Positions 1 to 10,916 of a stretch of DNA of 64,000 nt are shown here, piece by piece. Source of the stretch: Trichosphaerium sp. ATCC 40318 (taxonomy: Eukaryota > Protista > Tubulinea). The DNA is taken from NCBI GenBank assembly GCA_038496445.1, contig JALMLS010000420.1, positions 186,001 through 250,000 on the forward strand, given 5' to 3'. The position numbers were made by a program, and so were the translations under genes. Within the stretch, counting starts at the first letter, position 1, and each line of letters starts with the position of its first letter. The notes under the pieces are model-generated. The model was not told the origin of the DNA. It ran no database searches and saw only the letters and a list, made by a program, of their open reading frames with translations.

Positions 1-814
1 TGATAACACGTGGGCTTACACATGCAATAGAATCAAAAAAACTGATTTTGATAAGTTCATATCGAAATGCAAACAAAAAGGAATGACAGTTCATTCGGGC
101 CTTTGTGGTGTTCTTTTCGAAACTCTTCAAGAAGAACTTGGGCTAAAGAGTGGATTTAAACTAGCTGTCAGTACACCCGCAAGTTCTAGGAAGCTGTTGA
201 ATATACCAAAGACTGCGCTTGGTCCTTATATCACTTATTACAATCCTGTCTTTTTGATAAAAGAAGGAAACACTTGTTGGGATTACGGCAAGCAGGCACG
301 ATTATCAAAAGAGTTGGTGAATGGTGGTGAATCTAATATTGCATAGGTTGGTGTTTGTAATAAGAAAAACGTCCCAGCAAAAACTCTTCCTAACTGGTAC
401 ACTACACTTGGCATCGCTGATTTATTTACCCTGAGTAAGTAAATGTTACAAAACTTTTTATTTAAACATTATCAGTTGGTTACCCTCTGGCCCGTGAGAC
501 TATAAATAAGAACTCTGGGAGGGCTCCACATACTCTTCTTTCCAATGTTGGTATCATTGATGCCGAAAAGACATTTAACAACAGACTTGACTTCAAAGAG
601 TACTACTTTGGATCAGGTAAGTATTTTTCTCTTGTTATTGTTGTATTTGATATTAAGACTCAAAAAAGGTCGAAGAGGCACTGGTGAAATATTCCAGATG
701 TTTGTTGTAACATGGGGAGGAGATTTATGCGTATCATCACAATGGATAGAACCGTTCATGAGTGCTGAGGCAGCAAAGAAGATAGCCACAAAATTTTGTT
801 CAAGAATAAATTAG
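1..814 (+). CDS. CoA-dependent acyltransferase (alcohol acetyltransferase/PapA5 C-terminal-like), 5'-truncated by window edge, spliced
   Basis: Exons give KFISKCKQKGMTVHSGLCG, STPASSRKLL..LGPY, CWDYGKQAR, FSNVG and VVTWGGDLCVS..PFMSAEAAKKIATKF*. This matches the CK.xG.TV / PxxxR / SNxG / VxTxxGxL pattern of the family. Confidence 0.55.
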
Positions 815-1174
815 TGAACTTCGGTTTATGTTACAAAGTTTTCACTGGCTACAATGATCGATTTATTCTTTCAAGGATGAAAGACAATGCATCTTAGTGG
901 CTGCATAACGCGCATTAGGATAATAAACAGTTACAACTGCAGAATTTTGTGTTCTGTTACAAACATTATATTCATTGCTTTCACGTGCTACTAAACCTGT
1001 TTTTATCATTTTTCACAAAATGTACCAATGTAGACATAATAATAGTTCGTCATTTGATTAATATAATTTTATTCTATCCATAATAATAGGTAGTTAACTT
1101 TTTTTTGGAAAATGTCTTTGAATCTACTCGTTAACAATAATGTAAATTTTTTTTTTCATGTCTTTTTTTTCCTT

Positions 1175-3235
1175 TCAACTCAAGTTTGAGTCAACACGTG
1201 ATTGGTATGAATTTGTAAGAGTTACTGTGCGGACCCAACGGAAAGGTTCTTTACCATTGACACCCTCAGAAGGGTTGGCAAGGCGAAGATATAAAATTTT
1301 CAAGTTAGAAGTGCTGAAAGTGGGCACTTCAAACTTAAGGCTGTTAAAAGTTAGATTTAAGTCATTTTGCGCTTGTAGTATACTAAAACCGTACCATATA
1401 GGTCCTATTTCTGCTTTTGCTTGATTATTAAAACCTGGATGGCCAAGGTTGATCTTAATTCTGCAAATATGTTCGTCACCACCACGAAATTTTCTAACAA
1501 GCCACAACATTCTTTTTTCTTTCTCCAAGTATTCACATTCTTGGTTTCTCGCGTCCAAGTCCATTTCACAGCTCGCACTAAATTCATATTATAAATAAGC
1601 CATGATACAAAGAGATAACGAAGGACAGGACAGGAATTGATGAAGGGCAAGTCTCAAAGAAAGACAAAAGTGTAACAAAAAAGAAGGAATAAAAAAAAAC
1701 CTCAACGAACCTTTCTGTTATTTGTGGTAACCTGCAAGAACACAATACGTTGCTAGCCGTCTTATCACTTGGTAAATCAGCTCGAATCTATACAAAATGA
1801 ATAATAAAACCCTCCACAAGCAAGGCAATTCTGTCTTTGAATTTTTAACCAGAAGAGTTTGTTCACCTTTACAACTACATCTACTGAGCCTCCACCAAGA
1901 TCAGATACGTATGGAAATACTCGAAAAGGCGGTGCAAATTTATCAGATACATGATACTTCATTAAGAAAATCTCGCCATTTGGTGGTGCAAACACCAATT
2001 CTCTAAAACTAAAAAAAATATATGTGATCAACTTCAGCGCATCTGATTGACTGAGTGGTTGTACCTATCCCAATTTGTGAAATCAATACAATCATGGAAC
2101 CTGCATTGCTCTATACAAGGTGTTTGGCTGTTAACAGGACTCAGAGTACTCATTGGACCGACTTGTAAGTCAGGACTCAATCCAAGTCTGTTATTCAAAA
2201 AAAAAAGTTAATACAATCCATTAAAACCACCACAAGGTTTCTGTGTACCTTAGAGTTGGTGAACCGTGTAAATATGTTTTCAGCTTTAAAACGCCATCAA
2301 TTTCTCTTGTAACAGGTATTCCCTAAATCGAAGGTTTTACAATCTCGTCAAAACTACCAAAAAAAAAAGAGCAAAAAAAGAGTTATGGATATACCTCCGA
2401 ATTAAATGTAACTGTAATGTATTCAAATAGGTCCAAGTAAAGCTCGTTATGCTTGTTCGTTGTTAAAACTGTCTTATTAGCGTTTTGTGAGGCAGTAGTC
2501 TTGTTTTTCTAAAAATTTGTGTTACACACATGTCAAGTGTCAAACTAACTGTGAATGTGCGTCACTTACTCTACCAACCCATGGCTGTGCCGCGCTAGTC
2601 TCTGATACACCTTGGGTCGCTATTGACTCATTCTGTATAAAAGGTTTTATCATTTCCGTCCTACAAGCTTGTGGGTATCCAAAATCGAGTGCCTGCGCGT
2701 AATTAGAATTACAGGGAGTCTTTAAACGGAAATCTGATGGAATTATTTCCGTTGGTGTACTTCATCTATAATTTCGTATACAAGCGAGAAATTGACTCTG
2801 ATGGCCTAATTGAAGGTTAAAGAGTTATTATAGAGAGTTTACGTGCCTCTTCTGATAATACACCGCAATAATCCTTTATAAGTTGTGAAATACAACAAAG
2901 GAACTCCACGCCTACTGCTGGAGACACATTTTGATCAGTCACAAAAACAAAATACATTCCCTTTCGAAACATGTTTATAAATGATCTTTCCATTAGCCTC
3001 TAAACGCGTTTTAGATACATATAGACCAATGCTTACGAATATTGGAACAGCTTTTGCTTTAACTTCCTTGTAAAACATTTCTGTGAGGTCTTTAATGTTT
3101 GCATTACGAACTTGCGCGTTAAGGAAGCAACGTAGGCAGTTTACGAAAGTTTTTAGTTGTCAAAATGTGTAGGATACAGTCACGCATTATTAGACAGTCC
3201 CCATGAGCGCTCACAATAAAGAAGTGAGTAAACAT
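1175..3235 (-). CDS. AP4M1: Adaptor protein complex mu subunit, most like AP-4 mu (multi-exon)
   Basis: Starts MFTHFFIVSAHGDCLIMRD. Contains NELYLDLFE, FHDC, FAPPNGEIFLMKY, PPFRVFP, FEVPTFSTSNLKILYL and ends PFRWVRTVTLTNSYQSR. Confidence 0.8.
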
Positions 3236-3427
3236 ACTATTCACTACAGCTTTTGGTGCGCCATTAGCTTGTTACACTTGAAGACATTTTAAGTCATACT
3301 ATTTTTTTTGTTCTCTTTACTCACTTAACCTAATTTCAAAGCATCACATTGTTGCACAAGGGAAAGAAAAGAAAAGGCCTTAGAAATGAAGGATGATGCT
3401 CGGCACGTTTATTTGGCACGTGATAAG

Positions 3428-5325
3428 TTACTTAAATTTAGGATAAATCAAGTTGACTTGATCAGTTACAGGGTCAATGCCTGGTAGCTTGTTCGCCGCC
3501 TCTTCGTACTTTGTATCCTAAACTCGATTATCTACATGCGTGGTGTTATTTTTAATCGTACTTTATAGGCTACAGAAGCTATCCTGAGGATATTGAAGTA
3601 AGAACCAATGCATTGATCCACCGATGTAATGATGCATCCATTTTTTGGTAAAAACGGAACAACTTGCTGGAGAGTCCATGGTTTTTTAAGTTCAATGTAA
3701 GGAAGTTGCCATTCAAGAGCTAGCTTTATGCGAGAATCCCTTGCGAATAATACATTAATAATAAGTCTAGAGGTAAAACGGCGTACCAGATGTGAGTATC
3801 GTAGTATTCGGCTAGTTTACCAAGATGGAAAAAAGCATTCAAGCAAAACTCATTGTACGACCAAGATTTTGTCCTTGCGTCTTCCATTGGTAACTGACCA
3901 TTGTCAGTAATCTGGGCATTAACACGTTTGTCCAAAGCATCCTAAAACATGTGTTACACAACCTTTTTTTGAGGAAAGTAAAAGCAAACTACCTTTGCTA
4001 TCTTGCTTGCTGTTTTATCATCTCCAACATGTGCTGCAATGAACCCGAGTTGAACGTCGTACCTGATTTAGTTAGTGCTAAAAAACAATATAAGATGGTG
4101 GCATTGTACCAGACACCATGATTATTAGTAGCATTGGCTTCTTCTTTACCGAGGTCACTAGTACGTAGCCAATCGTCGAAATCTTTGAACCAATCTTTAA
4201 GCTCCTTTCGTTTTGTTTAGTTTCAAAAACAGCAAATGAAGAGAGCCTTTACCTCATGTTGTTTACTAGACCATTTGCTTGATAGAGCTAGGACAGATGC
4301 TGCGTCAAGCATCTCAGGAAAGTAATGAGAATCGATAATAGCTCCGTGTTCTCCGTTAGATACACCAGGTATGAAATGACCAAAGCTGAATTAACACTCG
4401 GTTAGAATAGTGTCTGGCTCTGCTAAGTTTACTCACTTTAGGTTGGGATTCATCTTTGTTGTCTTATTGAGGAACCATGTATCCAAAAATAACGCTGCCC
4501 TTTCGGCGAACATATCATTATCGGTGTAGTACCATCCTAGCACAGTGTCACTCAAAAAAGTATTTAAATACCGTAAGAGTACCTAGTGAGAGAGATATAA
4601 CTGCGGTTGTCATATTCAATAGGCCGTCGTGATCGTACTTATGCAAATCTGGATTTACATACCCGTCATGATGTACCTCAAAAAAGAAATAAGTATCTTT
4701 CAAATAATGAGGAAAAAAAAGAAAAACAAAGGAATAAAATTTTGACATAATGTACCCACGGTAATCCAGTCTTGTTATCACAAGCAACACTACAAACAAG
4801 AGTAAGTATAACTTTCTCAGAGGTCATAAAATTTTTGTCTCTTCGTTAACACGTGATAAAAATAGGAAAACAGCACGAGTTTAGAGTGAAATCAGGTGGA
4901 AATGTCAATTTCGTTCTGAGGTCGCTCGTAAATACTTACAGTGCTTCGGATGGAGGTGGAACAATCGCATTACAAGGCCAGTAGTATTTGTCAAGAGACA
5001 CATAATCATGTTTATCGCCACTTGGTGGAACGGTAGGCTTAGTCATAACAGTCCAAGGTCCTACGAAATAGGTAAGCACGCAAAACAAGTAAAAGCACGT
5101 GATATACTAACCTTGATGCATCCAGTTGGTCGCACGAACTGTTAATGCTTCAACAGCTCGTTTCATATCCGAGTCACCTTCTTTGTACAGTTTCTTCAAC
5201 GAAACAAGGTCTGAGCCCTTCCATAGTATCGTACTTGGTTCTGCGAGGGGTGCGTCGTTATTTATTTGTAAAGATTGAATACATGATAATAACAGCAACA
5301 GGCTAACGCAATACAGAGTTTTCAT
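3428..5325 (-). CDS. Secreted alginate lyase (PF05426 / PL5-like), about 10 introns
   Basis: Signal peptide MKTLYCVSLLLLLSC. Motifs PPSGDKHDYVSLDKYYWP, DGYVNPD, WFLNKTTKMNPNL, NNHGVW and GQLPMEDARTKSWSY. Ends QVNLIYPKFK*. Confidence 0.85.
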
Positions 5326-6256
5326 TTGTTTTACTGCGAGACGGAAAATTCTTTTGATATTTTTCCGCCATTACTTAAGTAATGTCATAGCTTAATAACC
5401 CTCGCACGGAATGACAACCTCAAATTTTACGACCTAACTAAAGTAGTCAGTATAAAAACATCGCTAGAAAAGTTACTCAGAGTTTACAAAACGATCAACG
5501 CCTTCAAAATTAAAAAAAAGCCTCAGAAAATGTGAATGAAAAAAACTTGAGGTATATGAACGAGTCTAGAAAACGTGGTTTAGTGGCACGTGAGCCAATA
5601 ATGATGTCTCGTTTCAGAATATGATTGTAATACAGTCGATTTACTGCCGCTTGTATAGCTCAAAGCCCTCTCAACGGAGGTAGTTTGCGAATGATATTGA
5701 TGAAAGAAATATTGAGCTCCTGGCTGTTATTTATGCAATGATACAAGGCTAAGAAATTGCCAAAAAAACGACACGATTCCTGTTTTTTCACCAGATCTTG
5801 ATTAGTATTTGTGCATAATTCAAAGCATTGTGTCATTTTATGTACAAGAATTCAAGTAGTTCAAAAGTGACTCTTAGAAAGGTCAAAAGGAATGATAACA
5901 ATTAGTTTCGCACAAAGTCCAATATATCACGAGAACCGTGCAAAATTCACGTGCATTCTCATTGTTTTAGCAAAAGAAAAGAACCTATGAAAATGATTCT
6001 TTTTGCACGTGTTAGCTTTTTATAAAAAAAGGACCAATCAGCTTTGACATCCTTCACACTAAGTTTATATCAAAAAATCAGCAAATACCAGAACTATGCA
6101 CCTCCTGCTGGTTACTTGGGATGTAAGCTAAACAAAGAAGCCTAACCTCCGTACAATACTCCTTTTTTTTCTTCAAACAACAGTTTTGTTCTCGAAATCG
6201 TACATCACATTGCTTCTTGAAAGAATCCTCTAGTACTTATCTCGATTTTTAGTAAC

Positions 6257-6719
6257 GCTACCCTTAGTTCAGGCGTTAAATGTCTAAGATCCTTCTTCAT
6301 AGAGGTGATGGCGTTTCACCTCTTTTGTTAGGTAACTGCAGCAAACTGCCACATCAGACGTAACATCTACGTGAAGCTACCTTTAATTCGGGCGTTAGAT
6401 GCCGTAAGTCGCTCTTCAAAGCGGTGAAATGGCGTTTCACCTCTTTAGACAAATAACTGCAGCAAACTGCCACAGCTAACGTAACATCTACGTGAAGCTA
6501 CCCTTAATTCGGGTGTTAGATGCCGTAAGTCGCTCTTCAAAGCGGTGAAATGGCGTTTCACCTCTTTAGATAAATAGCTGCAGCAAACTGCCACAGCTAA
6601 CGTAACATCTACGTGAAGCTACCTTTAATTCGGGCGTTAGATGCCGTAAGTCGCTCTTCAAAGCGGTGAAATGGCGTTTCACCTCTTTAGATAAATAGCT
6701 GCAGCAAACTGCCACAGCT
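6257..6719. repeat. Tandem repeat, 121-bp unit, about 3.8 copies, with an internal hairpin
   Basis: TAACATCTACGTGAAGCTACC recurs at 6361, 6482 and 6603. Each unit carries the inverted repeat AAAGCGGTGAAA-TGGCG-TTTCACCTCTTT. The first copy is more diverged. Confidence 0.95.
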
Positions 6720-7991
6720 GAGGTACTTTTTACGTGTAATAATACACGTAAGATAACTTCTAGCGGAAATGCTAGAAAATAAACAGCTGATTGCACGTAG
6801 GAAATATATGGTTGAAAGATCTCTTTTGTTGCATGGTCGGTTGAGAATAGCAATTGGCATGCAGGATTTTTTGGCCATGATAACAACACAGTACCACACC
6901 CGTTCTGGTAATCTCGCAGCAAATGTTGTGTTGGTTCGACACCAACTAAATGCTAACATTCGAGCGTTTAAGTAACGCTACCCGTAATTCTCTGAAATCT
7001 AGATTGTTGAACAAAATTTACAAATTTCTTCGCTTTTCTAAAAAGATTTACGCCTAAGCATTCAAGATTGTAATACCAGACATTACGACAAAGCCTTCCT
7101 TATAATAGCTCTTCTTATAATAACTTACTCAATCACCAAAAAATTCATACTATAAGACAAACCACAATAGCTCTTCATAATAACTTGATTCAACCAATCG
7201 TTCTTTAAAAAACACAGTGACTTCCAAGTTGACTGTGTTTTAAAATACTTTACGTTTAATGGCTAGTAAGTACAATTACAACTTCCGCCTGTAAATTCAG
7301 CCTATGTGGAATGGCTAGTCAATACGTTTGTATTGACATAGTTAACTGTACAAGTTAACCAGTGTCGTAACGAGTGATGGCATAATAAATAACCACTTTC
7401 AACTCAAACTGACTTGGTTTTTTTTTATTTGTCACCAAATGAACAAAGATAACTTGGGTGTTTAGTTTTATTTGCTTAGACGTTTCCATTCCTTTGTTTT
7501 GATTTTATTGCCAATTATTTTAACCAAAAACACGTTTTTCCTTTTTTGGTATGCATCTCGAAAAGGAGAGAAAAATTGTGAAATAAAAATTTATGAGAGC
7601 AACCACTAGCGTTACTATTTTTTTTATAGTCGCTGTTTTTTCGTCCCAATGTATGGAGACTAGGAATCTGTCTCCTGTTTACACTTCCGCCAACAATTTG
7701 CAGAAAAATGCTATCACAGCATGTAGGAGCAGGGTTGAAGGTTATGAGACTAGATGTTGTCAGCCAAACACTAACAAACGGCTTGCTTTTTTGTTAAAAT
7801 TGTTGTTTGCTAAACCCACGTGACATTGAAGTAATCCAATATCCTTTACCACCAGATCCTTTTGAAATGTTGTATGTTCTATTTCTGTATTTAAATTATT
7901 GATGGTTAGTAGTGATGGAACATAAGCAAACAACCAAGTATTACAATTAAAAGATACTTTTTTTTATTTCTTTTCCGCTTTTGGTTATGGG

Positions 7992-9360
7992 TTACAGTAG
8001 TCTCGCGTTTAAGATTGCCTGATATTGTTCAGGTATCTCTTGTAGTGCCATTAATGCAAAATTAGCTTCTTGAGCCTCAGAAGTATCAGACCAAGATAAG
8101 ACACGGCTAAATTCAACAAACTGAAAATTATCAAAATTTCTGGAAGGAAGTCCATCATCAAACTAAACCATTTGACGTTAGTGTACATCTATATATAATC
8201 ATATAATTGATCCATACCTCTTCCATAGTATCCCAAGGACCATCGCCAACACCAACTAGAGTAATTGGTAAGCATAAATTAGCAAGTACAAAAAACATTA
8301 CCAAGAATTATAGAAAGTGGATAATTTGATGCTTCTACAATGGCCCTTCTTGTCTCGGATTCTGCCTTACAATAATCGCCATCAGGAGTAACTACTCAAA
8401 TATTAGTCGATTAAATTCTTTAATTGTCAAAAACGTGATTGACACGTGACAAGAATAAAACGTTTTGTAAGTACCTTGTCCGTCAGCAATGATAACTAAA
8501 ATGTGATAGCTTCTTTCTTGTTTAATTATTTCAATTGCCTTTCGTATGATAGGTGCAAAACTCGTAGGTCCTGCCATATTTACAGATGGTGTTATTTCAG
8601 CGTAGCGTGTCAACACTTGCTCAAAACCCTACAATCCAAGAGTTTGACCTTATCCAAAATACAAAAAGAAAAAAAATTATAAAGTCCATCACACGTTTTA
8701 ACATACTTGACAGGTACGATCAGGAAAGAAAGGAAATACCGTCTTATCATTTGTAGTTTTGTCTCCGAACCCAAACCTAAAATTTAAAAGAGTGAGTACA
8801 CAACCAAGCCCAGCAAGGCGCAATTTTCATGAAATTACAATAAAGTTAATTGAAAAAGTGAAATTGTAGGAAAGGTGTTTTAACGCGTACACTGGGATCA
8901 TATTATCGTCATCAAACGCCTTGGAGTGATATTGAGAATTGCTGAATTGGAGAAAGTGCAAAAAATAGTGCGTACCTCTAACGTCTTTCCTAGGATACGT
9001 ATAACTTGCTGGTACGGATTTAGGTGACCCAGATTTGTATTGTGTAGGTTTTGGCCGTTAAATGTTTTTTTTCCAGCAGTTTGATTAGAAATAGTATAAT
9101 CTATACCTATATAACAGTTTAACACGAAGAAGCGCATTAACGGGTAAACCCACTAACCAATAATTAAATCTGAGCTCTCAAGGCCTGAAACAATATTAGA
9201 TTACGCATCACTACGGTGAAACGGTACCCGCTTTGCGTAATGCGTCTTGAACTTGTTCAACAGATTCATATTTGTCAAGAATTGCTTCAAACTTCTGTAC
9301 AGGTGGTCGAGACGCAGCTGGAGCGTGACTCTTATGCTTCCTACTCGATTTATTTCCCAT
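7992..9360 (-). CDS. RGLG-type copine (vWA domain) with N-terminal Gly2 and no RING domain
   Basis: MGNKSS...DKYESVEQVQDALRKAGLESSDLIIGIDYTISN, NPYQQVI, AGPTSFAPII, YHILVIIADG, GVGDGPW, FDNFQFVEF, ALQEIPEQY. Confidence 0.9.
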
Positions 9361-9542
9361 TTTATTAAATGGTCATGTAGTTTCTTTAACAGATTGTAAT
9401 GCGCTTCACTGACTCTAACTACTCAGTGTAATAACGATGGGCGGTTTAAAACGTAGTTTAATAATACAATACATGGCGTGGCGTTTTCAGTGAGAGAAAA
9501 CAAAATAACCTGGTTTGGGAATAGTGACGAAATGAGCTGTTG

Positions 9543-10074
9543 TTACCGATCTCTGGAGAACGGTAGTAGTAAAATTGACCACATTGCAACCGCTCCTTGC
9601 ACCGCAGCTACAGAGAAAGCGCCATAACTACTCGTTTGTTAGTTCGCAATCTTGTTTGATTTGTAGAGTGATGACTACGCTTCGTTATGCAGTTTGACGC
9701 GGTAATGGCCGTTTCGGAGTGATTTTTATAAAAAACGTACTGGTAGCATAGTAATGCAATGTAAGAGTACGTTCCAGCGTTTAAATACAATTGCCACTGT
9801 CTTTGCCATGATAAATCGGAGGTTAACGCAAATAAGTTTGAACCACTAATCATTGCGTATAACTACAAGTGATGCGTAAGAAAACGTGGGCAAAGCTGTG
9901 TAAACAACGTACTTGACCCATAGCCCGAATTAGAAATATTGATTCTACATTGGTGTTCTGAACACCAATAGCGTTTGCAACCTGTCCAGGTACCAGTACT
10001 GCGCTTAAACATAATGGTACACTTGCAAATGATATAGTCTTAAAGTAAACATCTCTAGACCGCAGTAGCTCCAT
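9543..10074 (-). CDS. Small multi-pass membrane protein, function unknown
   Basis: Spliced hydrophobic exons from MELLRSRDVYF through ESIFLIRAMGQ and LYAMISGSNLFAL to AVAMWSILLLPFSRDR*. Confidence 0.55.
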
Positions 10075-10207
10075 TAGGAGCTCTAAAACCGGTTTATTTT
10101 GCTATTTGTAACTGCCTGATTTACTTCTGTGGACCAACTTTCCTTTCTCGTCTATCGAATCAGTACATTTACGCCACGTAAATAAGAGTTCACCAAAACT
10201 GATAATA

Positions 10208-10723
10208 TCACCTTATCTTTATCCCACACTTATACATGAACGATTTCTTACCATCCAGAGGCAACATTATCTCTCTGATTCCGTGTAACATACCATCAAC
10301 GTAATTAGAGCGCTCAGACACAGTCTGTGCGCGTCCAGCAAACCTGTACTTTATCATTTCGCCTTCTAACCTTCCTTGCTTGTAGCTAGCAACCTTTTTT
10401 AATTTACCGTTGTTGTACCACTCCTTGTACTCTCCTTCCATCTTACCGTTTATAAAACGCACGTGTGCTGTCTTTGTATTATTGTAAACGTTGTACCGTT
10501 TGAATAAGCCATGTTTTGTAAAATTATGTGTATAACGCGTTGATAATGCTGTATACCTGCATAATAGCGGTAAAAGGATGTAAAAAGATGGGCTATGATC
10601 GGATATGATGAGTAGAACCTCTACAGGTAAGTCTAGGAGCGTAATGTCGATTTTTGTATCAACGCCTTCAAAAAAATAGTTAACCACCGCAGTTTCATTT
10701 GTAGACGTACAACTCAAGGACAT
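10208..10723 (-). CDS. Intronless F-box-like plus MORN-variant (MORN_2/YwqK-type) repeat protein
   Basis: LLDLPVEVLLII is an F-box-like start. Repeats GKMEGEYKEWYNNGKLK, YKQGRLEGEM and YVDGMLHG follow. The first in-frame ATG is at 10723. Confidence 0.75.
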   Translation of the reverse strand: MSLSCTSTNETAVVNYFFEGVDTKIDITLLDLPVEVLLIISDHSPSFYILLPLLCRYTALSTRYTHNFTKHGLFKRYNVYNNTKTAHVRFINGKMEGEYKEWYNNGKLKKVASYKQGRLEGEMIKYRFAGRAQTVSERSNYVDGMLHGIREIMLPLDGKKSFMYKCGIKIR

Positions 10724-10868
10724 AGTGCGTAAAACGCTATTAATATCTGTGTTAAAGTAATAAACGCACAAATTGTATTAAAGTCTCCAACTTTCTTGTC
10801 TCTTTTAGAAAGAAGCTAACATAGTGTGTGGGACTAACAGCTTCCATATTTTGAAACTAAGCTACACA

Positions 10869-10880
10869 CGTCACGTGACG
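10869..10880. promoter_or_regulatory. 12-bp palindrome CGTCACGTGACG (extended E-box / CLEAR-like) in a divergent intergenic region
   Basis: Perfect palindrome about 37 bp upstream of the ATG at 10917, between divergently transcribed genes. A regulatory role is inferred only. Confidence 0.35.
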
Positions 10881-10916
10881 AGGTTTTTGATCTAAAAGAT
10901 AAATATTACTGATACA

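Noticed and set aside
6257-6719. 121-bp repeat as a 5S rRNA array or CRISPR array
   Set aside because: No resemblance to the 5S consensus, no unique spacers and no cas genes; the context is eukaryotic.
7203-7244. Imperfect AT-rich hairpin (AAAACACAGT...ACTGTGTTTT)
   Set aside because: Single occurrence with no supporting element context.
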